Positions 63,571 to 64,000 of a stretch of DNA of 64,000 nucleotides are shown here, piece after piece (the stretch's first letter is position 1; every line of letters begins with the position of its first letter). Source of the DNA: Euprymna scolopes (Eukaryota); assembly GCA_053919585.1 (NCBI GenBank), contig CM132783.1; one strand, given 5' to 3'. The notes below the pieces were generated by a model. The model was not told the DNA's origin and made no database searches. It was given only the letters and a program-made list of their open reading frames with translations. The translations under genes and the position numbers were made by a program.

Positions 63571-64000
63571 TTCCAATACCTGACCAACTCACATGGCTAA
63601 GCACATGTTTGTCCAAAACACACTTCTGCAAAGAAAGAATTCTCAACTAACCTATTTTTTACAATATATTTTTAATTTGTATTGTTCATTCTTTTTAGCT
63701 GACGTTTTTAATTCAGTTTTCATAAATGAATGGGAAAGCATTTTTTTACAATACAAACAATAACTATTTTATATGTGTTGTGGTGACAACCACTTATTTG
63801 CATATGCGAATAACATAGCACTATAAATGGCAAGACTAGGTTGGCCTTGGGTGTCTTACTCAAATGCCACCGGAAGTGACGCCGAAGAGCGTACATGTCC
63901 TCCCACCAAGACTCTCTGACTCGACATCGTCATTTGTACATATTGTAAATATACCTTTTCTTTAATACACTTATTATTGCGTTATCTTGTTTTTGCGTCT

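Overview
AT-rich eukaryotic (invertebrate-like) scaffold window with ten N gaps and many (TA)n microsatellites. No intact host protein-coding gene could be supported. The window is almost entirely decayed and nested transposable elements: a Copia 5' end, an RTE LINE, two CR1/L2-group LINE families (about 10 fragments), several Penelope-like elements (PLEs), a Gypsy pol split by a LINE, Tc1 and mariner remnants, four non-autonomous Helitrons and several MITEs/foldbacks. The most notable signal is a set of minimal type I hammerhead ribozyme (HHR) motifs: a three-copy cluster upstream of a PLE endonuclease, a two-copy pLTR family with an unusual stem II, and one HHR fused directly to a tRNA-derived Pol III head between two (TA)n tracts (candidate tRNA-HHR SINE/retrozyme). 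A U2 snRNA 5' fragment fused to structured non-U2 sequence lies just before the HHR cluster. All calls are by eye; element boundaries are approximate.
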